13,751 bases of DNA from Verrucomicrobiota bacterium (GCA_045046875.1 JASFYY010000012.1:1-13751); one strand, 5' to 3'. Shown: positions 6,497-13,751, numbered from the stretch's first letter. The notes: generated from the sequence alone by a model not told the origin. Program-made: numbers and translations.

Positions 6497-7474
6497 TTAT
6501 TGGGCTAGGCAGCCGGGGCAGTTTTGGGCGTAGTGATGAGGGTGGATTTCTTCGAAGGGGGGAGCGTGGTCGAGTAGGCAGAGGGATGGGTCGCCGAGGG
6601 TGTTGCGGGGGTGGAAGGCGCAGCCGGGGCCGAGGTCGGTGGGATTGGGGGGCAGGCCGGGGATGGTGTAGAGCTCACTGTTTTTGTCGTGGATGGCGGG
6701 GATGCTTTTGAGCAGAGCGCGGGTATAGGCGTGCAGGGGCTTGCGAAAGAGTTCGGCGGTGGGGGCGGCTTCGACGATGCGGCCGGCATACATGACTTTG
6801 ATGCTGTCACAGACTTGGGAGATGACAGCCAGATCGTGGGTGATGAAGATGACGGCCATGCCGAGTTTCTGCTGGTGTTCTTTGATCAGCTCGAGGATTT
6901 CGGCTTGCACGGTGACGTCGAGGGCGGTGGTGGGTTCGTCGGCGATGAGCACCTCGGGTTTGGCGATCAGCGCCATGGCGATCATGACTCGTTGCCTCAT
7001 GCCGCCGGAAAATTCATGCGGGTAGGACTGGATGCGGGATTCCGGGTCGGGGATGCCGACTTCGCCGAGCGCGTGGGTGGCGGCTTTGAGGGCGTCGCTT
7101 TTATTGGTGTCGGTGTGTAGCAGCAGGGGTTCGATCAGTTGCTGGCTGATGCGCAGGAAGGGGTTCAACGAGGTCATGGGATCCTGGAAGATCATGCCAA
7201 TGCGGCTACCACGGATGCTGCGCAATTTTTTTTCACCGCAAGTGAGCAGGTCGGTGCCGTCGAAGAGCGCGCTGCCGGATTCTATTTTGCCGGGAGGTTT
7301 GGGGATCAGGCCCATGATGGAGTAACAGGTGACCGATTTTCCCGAGCCGGATTCGCCGACGATGCCGATGGTCTCGCCGCGCTCGAGCTTGAAGGATACG
7401 CCGTCCACGGCACGCGCCACGCCTTCCCGGGTATGGAAGTAGCAGCGTAGGTCGTTGACGGTGAGCAGGCTCAT
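6497..7474 (-). CDS. oppD: Oligopeptide/dipeptide ABC transporter ATP-binding protein
   Basis: Walker A GESGSGKS, MIFQDPMTSLNP, YPHEFSGGMRQR signature, LIADEPTTALDVTVQ, FITHDL, VMYAG, PLHAYT (HPY-type domain), Cys-rich C-terminus. Confidence 0.95.
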   Translation of the reverse strand: MSLLTVNDLRCYFHTREGVARAVDGVSFKLERGETIGIVGESGSGKSVTCYSIMGLIPKPPGKIESGSALFDGTDLLTCGEKKLRSIRGSRIGMIFQDPMTSLNPFLRISQQLIEPLLLHTDTNKSDALKAATHALGEVGIPDPESRIQSYPHEFSGGMRQRVMIAMALIAKPEVLIADEPTTALDVTVQAEILELIKEHQQKLGMAVIFITHDLAVISQVCDSIKVMYAGRIVEAAPTAELFRKPLHAYTRALLKSIPAIHDKNSELYTIPGLPPNPTDLGPGCAFHPRNTLGDPSLCLLDHAPPFEEIHPHHYAQNCPGCLAQ

Positions 7475-7482
7475 TGCAGATT

Positions 7483-8439
7483 TTAATCTTTGGAGGTTCT
7501 GACGTCGAAGGCGTCGCGCAGGCCGTCGCCGAGGAAGTTGAGGGCGAAGAGGGTGAGCGAAAAGACCAGCCCGGGGATGATCAGCAGGGAGGGTTGGGTT
7601 TCGAGGAAATTGGCGCCTTCTTTGATCAGGATACCCCAGGAGGAGTTGGGGGCTTCGACGCCCATGCCGAGGTAGGAGAGGGATGCTTCGTAGAGGATGA
7701 AACCGGGGATGGTCAGCGAGGCGTAAACGATGGCGGGGCCGATGGTATTGGGGATGATGTGGCGAAAGAGGATGCGGCGGCGGGTCAGGCCGAGGGAAAC
7801 GGCGGCTTCGATGTATTCCTGGTTTTTGATCGAGATGACCTGGGCGCGGGTGATGCGGGCGAGGGTGAGCCAGCCCAGTGCGCCAATGGCGATGAAGAGA
7901 GGTAGGATGTTGGCGCTGCGCATCACGAGTTCTTTATTCCAGCCAAAGTTTTCGACGGTCCAACCGGCGGCGATGTCGATGGGGTTGGCGATCACGACTT
8001 TCAGGATGATGACTAAAACCAGAAAAGGGATGGCGTAGAGAATGTCGACGATGCGCATCATCAGGGCGTCGGTCTTGGGGCCGGCATATCCGGAAGCGGC
8101 GCCATAGCTGATGCCGATGATGAGCGAGACGGCGGTGGCGACAAAACCAACCAAGAGTGAGATTTGTCCACCATAGAGAATACGTGAGAAAAGGTCGCGG
8201 CCAAGTTGGTCGGTGCCGAACCAATGTTGAGCGGAGGGCGAGGCGAATTTGTTGGTTAAATTTATGGTGTTGGGGTTTTCGCAGAACCAGGCAAAAACGA
8301 AACACAGGAACATGATCAGGATCAGGAAAAACGAACTGATCATGGCGATGGAGTTTTTGCGCAGGCGCAACCAGGCGTCGCGTCCCAGCGAGGTGCCTTT
8401 GACAACTTCTTCGATAGTTGTGTTTTGCTCGTCGCTCAT
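7483..8439 (-). CDS. oppC: Oligopeptide ABC transporter permease (OppC-like)
   Basis: SLGRDAWLRLRKN N-terminus, HWFGTDQLGRDLFSRILYGGQISL, EAA loop EYIEAAVSLG, LSYLGMG...SWG, FALNFLGDGLRDAFD. ATGA overlap with the oppB stop. Confidence 0.95.
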   Translation of the reverse strand: MSDEQNTTIEEVVKGTSLGRDAWLRLRKNSIAMISSFFLILIMFLCFVFAWFCENPNTINLTNKFASPSAQHWFGTDQLGRDLFSRILYGGQISLLVGFVATAVSLIIGISYGAASGYAGPKTDALMMRIVDILYAIPFLVLVIILKVVIANPIDIAAGWTVENFGWNKELVMRSANILPLFIAIGALGWLTLARITRAQVISIKNQEYIEAAVSLGLTRRRILFRHIIPNTIGPAIVYASLTIPGFILYEASLSYLGMGVEAPNSSWGILIKEGANFLETQPSLLIIPGLVFSLTLFALNFLGDGLRDAFDVRTSKD

Positions 8440-9362
8440 GATTGCTCGGCGATGCGGACTCTCGGGTTGAGCAAACCGACCATCAGGTCGGATGCGAGGT
8501 TCATGACGACAACAAGGAAGCCGTAAAAGAGGGCCAGGCCGATGATGAGGAATTCGTCGCGGTCGAAGATGGCGGTGACGAAGTGTTGTCCCATGCCGGG
8601 GATTTGAAAAATCGATTCAACGATGAAGGAGCCGGAAATCAGCGCGGCAAAAGCGGGGCCGATGAAGGCGACCGAGGGGATGAGTCCGCCGCGCAGGGTG
8701 TGCACGATGATCAGTCGCGGCAGCGGCACGCCTTTGGCGTGGGCGGTGCGGATGTAGTCTTGTGAGAGGATCTCCAACATGCCGCCACGGGTGAGTCGGG
8801 CGAGATAGGCGGCGGTGGCGAGACCCAGGGTGATGGCGGGCAGCAGGACATCGACGGGTGAATCCCAGCCAGCGATTTTGAGGGAGGGGATGCGGGTGGC
8901 GATTCCTATTTGTAATAGTGGGCCGACGACAAAAGCGGGGATGCAGATGCCGATCATGGCGATGGCCATGCCGGAATAATCGACCCAGGTGTTTTTGCGC
9001 ACGGCAGAGATCACGCCGATGGGGATGGCAACCGCGATGGCAAAAACAAGGGCAACCAGGCCGAGGATCAGCGAGGCGGGAAAAGACTGGGCTATAAGGT
9101 CGGCGACTGGACGGCGTTTTTTGATAGAGTAATTGAAGTCGCCGTGCAAGAGGATGTTTTTGGGGTAATTCAGATATTGAATGAAGAGTGGGTCATTGAG
9201 ACCAGATTGCTCGCGCATCTGATGTTTGATATCTTCAGGGATGTTTTTCTCGCCGGTGAAGGCGTCACCCGGCATCGCCTTCACCAGGAAGAAGGTGATG
9301 GTGTAGAGTGCGAAGAGGACGAGTAGTCCTTGTAGCAATCGACTGGTGATGTAGCGGAACAT
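8436..9362 (-). CDS. oppB: Oligopeptide ABC transporter permease (OppB-like)
   Basis: MFRYITSRLL, MPGDAF, GLNDPLFIQY, LPAITL, ARLTRGGMLEILSQDYIRTAHAKG, SGSFIVESIFQIPGMG, LNPRVR. Confidence 0.95.
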   Translation of the reverse strand: MFRYITSRLLQGLLVLFALYTITFFLVKAMPGDAFTGEKNIPEDIKHQMREQSGLNDPLFIQYLNYPKNILLHGDFNYSIKKRRPVADLIAQSFPASLILGLVALVFAIAVAIPIGVISAVRKNTWVDYSGMAIAMIGICIPAFVVGPLLQIGIATRIPSLKIAGWDSPVDVLLPAITLGLATAAYLARLTRGGMLEILSQDYIRTAHAKGVPLPRLIIVHTLRGGLIPSVAFIGPAFAALISGSFIVESIFQIPGMGQHFVTAIFDRDEFLIIGLALFYGFLVVVMNLASDLMVGLLNPRVRIAEQS

Positions 9363-9370
9363 TTTGGGGA

Positions 9371-9412
9371 AGGAGTTAGAATAGAGGAGGTAGGAGTCAG
9401 AATTCAGGAGTT
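9371..9412. repeat. Heptamer tandem array (6 units) spanning the oppA 3' end and oppA-oppB junction
   Basis: AGGAGTT AGAATAG AGGAGGT AGGAGTC AGAATTC AGGAGTT with exact 7-nt period. On the minus strand it encodes the last oppA codons TPEF and the TGA stop. Confidence 0.7.
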
Positions 9413-11301
9413 TTTGCTTCTAGTTTTATGAACTTGTAGGGGTGGTTGTCTAGCAGGAGGGGGTGCCAGTTTTTGACGTGGGGGTGGATGAGGTAGTTGC
9501 GGGTGTACCAGTAAACGGGCAGGATGGGGCGTTCGTTGAGGAAGAGGCTTTCCGCTTTTTGCAGCAGTTGGGTGCGTTTTTGCTGATCGGCTTGTTGTTC
9601 GGCTTCGGCGAGGATTTTTTCGTAGGCGGGGTTGGACCAACCGGTGCGGTTGTTGCCGCCGTCTTTCATCCATAGGTCGAGGAAGGTGGTGGGATCGAGG
9701 TAGTCTCCGATCCAGCCGCCTCCGGCGAGGTCGTATTCTTTTTTAAACATGGTGGAGAGGTAGGTCGTCCATTCACGTTGGTCGATGCCAATGGAGATGT
9801 TGAGGTTTTGTTTCCACATGCCTTGGAAGGCTTCGGCCATGCGTTTGGCGGATTCGCGGTCGGTGGTGAGCAGGCGGATGTCGGGAAAACCTTTGCCATC
9901 GGGGTAGCCCGCTTCGGCGAGCAGGCGGCGGGCTTGTTCGGGGTCGTAGCGAATGAGGTCGGGGGACTGGTATTCGTTGGAGGGGGGAACCAGGCCGCGG
10001 GCGGGTTTTTGACCGCCTTGCAGTACGTTTTCGATCAGCGATTCCCGGTCGAGAGCGAGGGAGAGGGCGCGGCGCACTTTCGGGTTGTCGAGCGGTGGGC
10101 GGGTGGTATTGCAGCGCACAAAAAAGGTGCCGAGGTAGAGTTCGTTGCGGACTTTATCGGGGTATTTATTTTTTGAATATTCGATCAGCTCCGAGCCGAG
10201 GGTGTAGGTGACGTGCAGTTGTTCGTTGTAAAACATACGCGCTTCGGTGTAAACATTGCCGATGGGGAAATAGCGAATGCCTTCGAGTTGGACTTGTTGG
10301 GCATCCCAGTAAAGGGGGTTTTTCTTCACAAATATGTGATCGTTGATTCTCCAGGATTTCAGGGTGAAGGGGCCGTTGGAGACCAGGTTGCCGGGCTGGG
10401 TCCATTTTGAAAAACGATCATCGGCGCTGCCGTATTTGAGGATGATGTGCTTGGGCACGGGATACCAGGTGTAGTGTTTGGTCAGTTCGGTGAGATAGGG
10501 GATGGGCGCGCGCAGTTGGATGCGTAAGGTGTGGGGATCGGGGGCGGTAGCGCCGATGTTGATGCGATCCCACAGGGAGTCGCCGGTTTTTTCGAAAGCG
10601 AGCAGTTGATCGATGATCCAGCTTTGGTCTTTTTGATTGAGTTCTGTGGGCCAGTTGAATAGGGAGAGGTTTTGTTTGAGTTGCTGCAAGTCGTTGGCTG
10701 ACAAGTTGTCGATGCCTTTTTTATCAAAATCGGAAGTGCCTTCTTTTTTGTTGCCGGAGAAGTTGAGGTTTTTTTTCACCGTCGCCCAGTCAAAAGGCAG
10801 CTGGTCATTTTGACTGAACAGGGTTTTGCAGCGTCGGTTTTTATGAAAATCTTCGGCTCCCTGAATGTAATAGAGCATGAAGGCGTATTCCGAGGCGAGG
10901 CGTGGGTTGAGGATGCGTTGGAAGGAAAAGAGGAAATCCTCGGCGGTGAGCGCATGGCCGTCCGACCATTGCGCGTCTTTGCGCAGGTGAAAGGTCCATT
11001 CGGTGAAGTCGGCATTGTGCTGCCAACTTTGAGCGACGCCGGGCAGGGGGACGCCGTTCTGGGAAGGGTGTTCGACGCAAAGTCCTTCGAACAAGGCACG
11101 GATGATGTTGGATTCGAGCACCCCGGAAACCAGATGCGGATCGAGCCCCTGGGGCTCGGAGGTATTACCGAGCAGGAGGATTTTATCAGCGGTGGCTTTT
11201 TCGATCGGCGAGGACGCGTCGCAGGCGGCGAGCAGGCTTGCCAGCACCAGTAGCAGTATTCGGAGGATGGGGAGTTGGGCAGGCTGTCCTGTTACGGGCA
11301 T
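9397..11301 (-). CDS. oppA: Peptide ABC transporter substrate-binding lipoprotein (SBP family 5, OppA-like) with ~85-aa insertion
   Basis: Lipobox LAA|C, EPQGLDPH, LFEGL, PGVAQSW, WTFHLRKDAQWSDG..LTAEDF, VSNGPFTL, KNPLYWD, VRRALSLALDR, WIGDYLDPTTFL. Start at ATG 11301 chosen from signal-peptide length and promoter position; in-frame ATGs at 11322, 11343 and 11376 are alternatives. Confidence 0.93.
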   Translation of the reverse strand: MPVTGQPAQLPILRILLLVLASLLAACDASSPIEKATADKILLLGNTSEPQGLDPHLVSGVLESNIIRALFEGLCVEHPSQNGVPLPGVAQSWQHNADFTEWTFHLRKDAQWSDGHALTAEDFLFSFQRILNPRLASEYAFMLYYIQGAEDFHKNRRCKTLFSQNDQLPFDWATVKKNLNFSGNKKEGTSDFDKKGIDNLSANDLQQLKQNLSLFNWPTELNQKDQSWIIDQLLAFEKTGDSLWDRINIGATAPDPHTLRIQLRAPIPYLTELTKHYTWYPVPKHIILKYGSADDRFSKWTQPGNLVSNGPFTLKSWRINDHIFVKKNPLYWDAQQVQLEGIRYFPIGNVYTEARMFYNEQLHVTYTLGSELIEYSKNKYPDKVRNELYLGTFFVRCNTTRPPLDNPKVRRALSLALDRESLIENVLQGGQKPARGLVPPSNEYQSPDLIRYDPEQARRLLAEAGYPDGKGFPDIRLLTTDRESAKRMAEAFQGMWKQNLNISIGIDQREWTTYLSTMFKKEYDLAGGGWIGDYLDPTTFLDLWMKDGGNNRTGWSNPAYEKILAEAEQQADQQKRTQLLQKAESLFLNERPILPVYWYTRNYLIHPHVKNWHPLLLDNHPYKFIKLEAKTPEF

Positions 11302-11310
11302 AGATTTTTC

Positions 11311-11339
11311 ATAGTCGATCATCTTCTGCCCGGAGGCAA
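11311..11339 (-). promoter_or_regulatory. Putative promoter for the opp operon
   Basis: Minus strand: TTGCCT (11339-11334), 17 nt, GACTAT (11316-11311), 9 nt, ATG (11301). Confidence 0.45.
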
Positions 11340-11414
11340 TCATAAAAAGGTTGATGTTGGAGCTAAAGGAACGCATCCTTTGCGCGGAAACCTTTGCTGC
11401 GATTCCCCCGATTA

Positions 11415-12722
11415 ATGAGAGACTATTTTATACGCCGTTTGTTACTGGTGCCGATCACTTTGTTCGGAGTGACCTTGTTGGTCTTTCTGATCACCCGGAT
11501 CGCGCCGGGTGGACCGATGGAAGCGGCTTTGATGAAAGCAACGATGTCGGCAAGCGGCGAAGCGGTCAAGGGGGGCAAGGAGAGTGCGGGCGGAAGTGTG
11601 ATGGGGGATACGGCCAAAGCCGCCTTGGCGGCTCAGTATGGTTATGACCAGCCTTTTTTGAAAGCCTATTTCACGTGGCTGGGCGTGGTGCCGAGGGAGA
11701 TGAAAAAGGTGGAAGCGGATTTTGAGGAAGGTAAAAAAGAAGTGGAGCTGACCTTGCCTGGTGGGGTGGTGAAAGTGGCGGTGACACGGGGGGAGGGCAA
11801 TGAGGGTGAAATGAAAGCTGCGCAAGATATTGATCTGAGTGCTTGGAAATTGCGTATTGAGTCTCCGCGGGAAGTGGAGAAAAAATGGCGACGGGTGAAT
11901 CCAGGCGAGGAAAAGGGGGAGCGTGTTTTTGCTTGGAAAGCGGCGGTTTACCAAGCGAGGTTGAATGGGGTGCTGCAAGGTTATTTGGGAGAATCGAGCA
12001 GTTATAATGAATCTGTGTGGAGCATGATGATGAGCCGTTTTCCTATTTCTATCTATTATGGCGTGATCACGATGATTTTGACTTACGTGGTGTGTATCCC
12101 CTTGGGAATTGTGAAAGCGATCAAACACCGCACCCCTATTGATAATGTGACTTCTATTTTGGTTTTTGTGGGTTATGCGATTCCCGGATATGTGCTGGGC
12201 GCTTTGTTGATGGTGTATCTGGGAGCGCGTCTGGGTTGGTTCCCCATCATGGACTTTGTCAGTGAGAACTTTAGTGAGCTGAGCTTTTTTGGCAAAGTGG
12301 GGGATCTCATCCATCACAGTGTGTTGCCCTTGGTTTGTTATATGGTGGGAGCTTTTGCTTTTCTGACGATGCTGATGAAAAACAGCCTGATGGATAATCT
12401 GGCGGCGGATTATGTGCGCACGGCGGCGGCCAAGGGGGTGCCTTTTCGAACGGCGGTGTTTCGCCATGCTTTGCGTAACTCGATCATTCCGATTGCGACG
12501 ACCTTTGGTCAGAATGTCACTTTGTTTGTATCCGGTTCGATGTTGATCGAGAAGATTTTTGATATCGATGGTTTTGGGCTGTTGAGCTACAGCGCGGTAT
12601 TGGAGCGGGATACGCCGGTGATCATGGGGACTTTGTCGATCGCGGCTTTGTTGATGTTGTTGGGGAACATTATTTCCGATGTGTTGGTGGCGATGGTGGA
12701 TCCGCGGGTGAGTTTTAAGTGA
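11415..12722 (+). CDS. yejB: Peptide ABC transporter permease, YejB-like, with ~94-aa periplasmic insertion
   Basis: ATG 11415. MRDYFIRRLLLVPITLFGV...APGGPME, QYGYDQP, CIPLGIVKA, GYAIPGY, LMKNSLMDNLAADYVRTAAAKG, SGSMLIEKIFDIDGFGLLSY, VDPRVSF match the YejB subfamily. Confidence 0.88.
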   Translation: MRDYFIRRLLLVPITLFGVTLLVFLITRIAPGGPMEAALMKATMSASGEAVKGGKESAGGSVMGDTAKAALAAQYGYDQPFLKAYFTWLGVVPREMKKVEADFEEGKKEVELTLPGGVVKVAVTRGEGNEGEMKAAQDIDLSAWKLRIESPREVEKKWRRVNPGEEKGERVFAWKAAVYQARLNGVLQGYLGESSSYNESVWSMMMSRFPISIYYGVITMILTYVVCIPLGIVKAIKHRTPIDNVTSILVFVGYAIPGYVLGALLMVYLGARLGWFPIMDFVSENFSELSFFGKVGDLIHHSVLPLVCYMVGAFAFLTMLMKNSLMDNLAADYVRTAAAKGVPFRTAVFRHALRNSIIPIATTFGQNVTLFVSGSMLIEKIFDIDGFGLLSYSAVLERDTPVIMGTLSIAALLMLLGNIISDVLVAMVDPRVSFK

Positions 12723-12730
12723 GATAGGGA

Positions 12731-12786
12731 ACCACTAATGGACACGAATGAACACGAATAAGAATAAGAATAAGAATTAGGAATAG
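12731..12786. repeat. Compound tandem repeat: 3 x 10-mer followed by a GAATAA hexamer run
   Basis: ACCACTAATG GACACGAATG AACACGAATA (12731-12760); GAATAA x3 plus GAATTA (12756-12779); GAATAG (12781-12786). Confidence 0.75.
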
Positions 12787-12789
12787 GTG

Positions 12790-13751
12790 ATGTTTAGGAA
12801 GTTGGGATACATTTTGATTGTGCTTGGCGTTTTGGCTGCGGGGTTTCATCTTGCGGACATTCGTTTTCCGTCTTTGAAGTGGTTCTTTTCGTGGCGAGAG
12901 GCGGCAGGTTGGGCGATGAGCTCTGTGTTGATTCTGGGTGGGGCTTTGATGGCTTGGTTTGCGCCGGGTAATGTGACTTTTAGTCCGGAGACCCAGCGCC
13001 AGATGCAGCGGTTTGTTTCGATTCGACGGGGGTATGTTTCCCTGTGTTTGCTTGGATTGCTGGTTTTGTTTGCGATGATGGATAACTTGCTGGTGGGGAA
13101 ACGGGCTTTAGTGGTGCGTTATGAGGGGGGGATGTATTTTCCTGTGTTCCGGGATGCTTATCCAGCGACTACTTTTGGTGGGGAAGAGGAGAATGAGACA
13201 AATTACAGGGATTTGAAAAAGCGTTTTGCCAGTGAAGGGCAGGGCAACTGGGTGTGCTTGCCGTTGGTGCCTTGGGGGGCCACGCTTGATTCCGATGGGG
13301 AGAAGCGAGCGGTTCTGGAAAAGGGTAAGGATGGTTTGTATCGGCTGGAGGGACGCCGCGACGTGTATTCGGGAATCGCATCGGCTTATTATCCTGGTGA
13401 TAAAGGGGGTGAGGAATTGAAACATACGGAATGGCGTTTTCGTCAGGGACAAATGGATGGAACGATGACGCTTTGGAACCAGGATGGAGAGGTGGTTCAA
13501 CGCGGGCAGTGGGAAAAGGGTGAGCTCGTTGAAGAGGGGGTGAAAGACGCTAAAGGCTTGGAAGCGATCAAGGGGGCTGACGTAAGTCCTATTTCGGTGA
13601 CTTTGTATCCTCCCTTGCGGCCTACCTTGAAGGACAGGCATTTCATGGGAACGGATACCGGGGGCAATGATATTTTGGCGCAGTTGTTTGGCGGTTGGCA
13701 GATTTTGCTGCAGGCCAATGTGATCTACTTGACGATCACTTATGCGATTGG
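12790..13751 (+). CDS. yejE: Peptide ABC transporter permease, YejE-like, 3'-partial, with extra N-terminal TM hairpin and MORN-variant-like insertion
   Basis: Absent from the ORF track because it has no stop in the window. Hand translation from ATG 12790 is open to the edge: MFRKLGYILIVLG...FSPETQRQMQRFVSIRRGYVSL...LVVRYEGGMYFPVF..YPATTFGG...NWVCLPLVPWG...YPPLRPTLKDRHFMGTDTGGNDILAQLFGG. This matches YejE motifs (RRGYxSL, VRYxGxxYFP, GTDxxGxD). Confidence 0.88.
   Translation, partial: MFRKLGYILIVLGVLAAGFHLADIRFPSLKWFFSWREAAGWAMSSVLILGGALMAWFAPGNVTFSPETQRQMQRFVSIRRGYVSLCLLGLLVLFAMMDNLLVGKRALVVRYEGGMYFPVFRDAYPATTFGGEEENETNYRDLKKRFASEGQGNWVCLPLVPWGATLDSDGEKRAVLEKGKDGLYRLEGRRDVYSGIASAYYPGDKGGEELKHTEWRFRQGQMDGTMTLWNQDGEVVQRGQWEKGELVEEGVKDAKGLEAIKGADVSPISVTLYPPLRPTLKDRHFMGTDTGGNDILAQLFGGWQILLQANVIYLTITYAI

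Noticed and set aside
11442..12467. 341-aa minus-strand ORF
   Set aside because: Antisense shadow of yejB; His/Arg-rich composition typical of a non-coding frame.
12731..12786. CRISPR array interpretation of the junction repeats
   Set aside because: Units are 6-10 nt and contiguous, with no spacers and no cas genes.
13108..13718. ORFs listed at the right end (177, 70, 64 and 73 aa)
   Set aside because: All overlap the open plus-strand YejE-like frame starting at 12790.

Overview
Bacterial chromosomal window, probably a marine Verrucomicrobiota/PVC lineage (inferred from gene style, scarce Shine-Dalgarno motifs and repeat types; not provable here). Left to right: an AT-rich non-coding ~620 bp segment with two tandem hairpins; a PliI-like lysozyme-inhibitor lipoprotein and mgtE (both -); a secreted di-heme cytochrome c of the bCcP/MauG superfamily with non-canonical key residues (+); a minus-strand run oppA-oppB-oppC-oppD-rrf2-rarA; and a divergent YejB/YejE-like peptide ABC permease pair (+). 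The second permease is missing from the ORF track and runs off the right edge. No rRNA, tRNA, CRISPR array or transposase is evident. Most notable: (i) the di-heme enzyme appears to lack both the Met/Tyr heme-2 ligand and the bridging Trp; (ii) several ABC components carry large extracytoplasmic insertions, including MORN-variant-like repeats inside the YejE-like permease; (iii) degenerate 7-/10-/6-mer tandem arrays sit at gene junctions, and one supplies the oppA stop codon; (iv) four genes share a TTGnnn-16/17-nAnnnT promoter only 8-10 nt upstream of the ATG, implying near-leaderless mRNAs.
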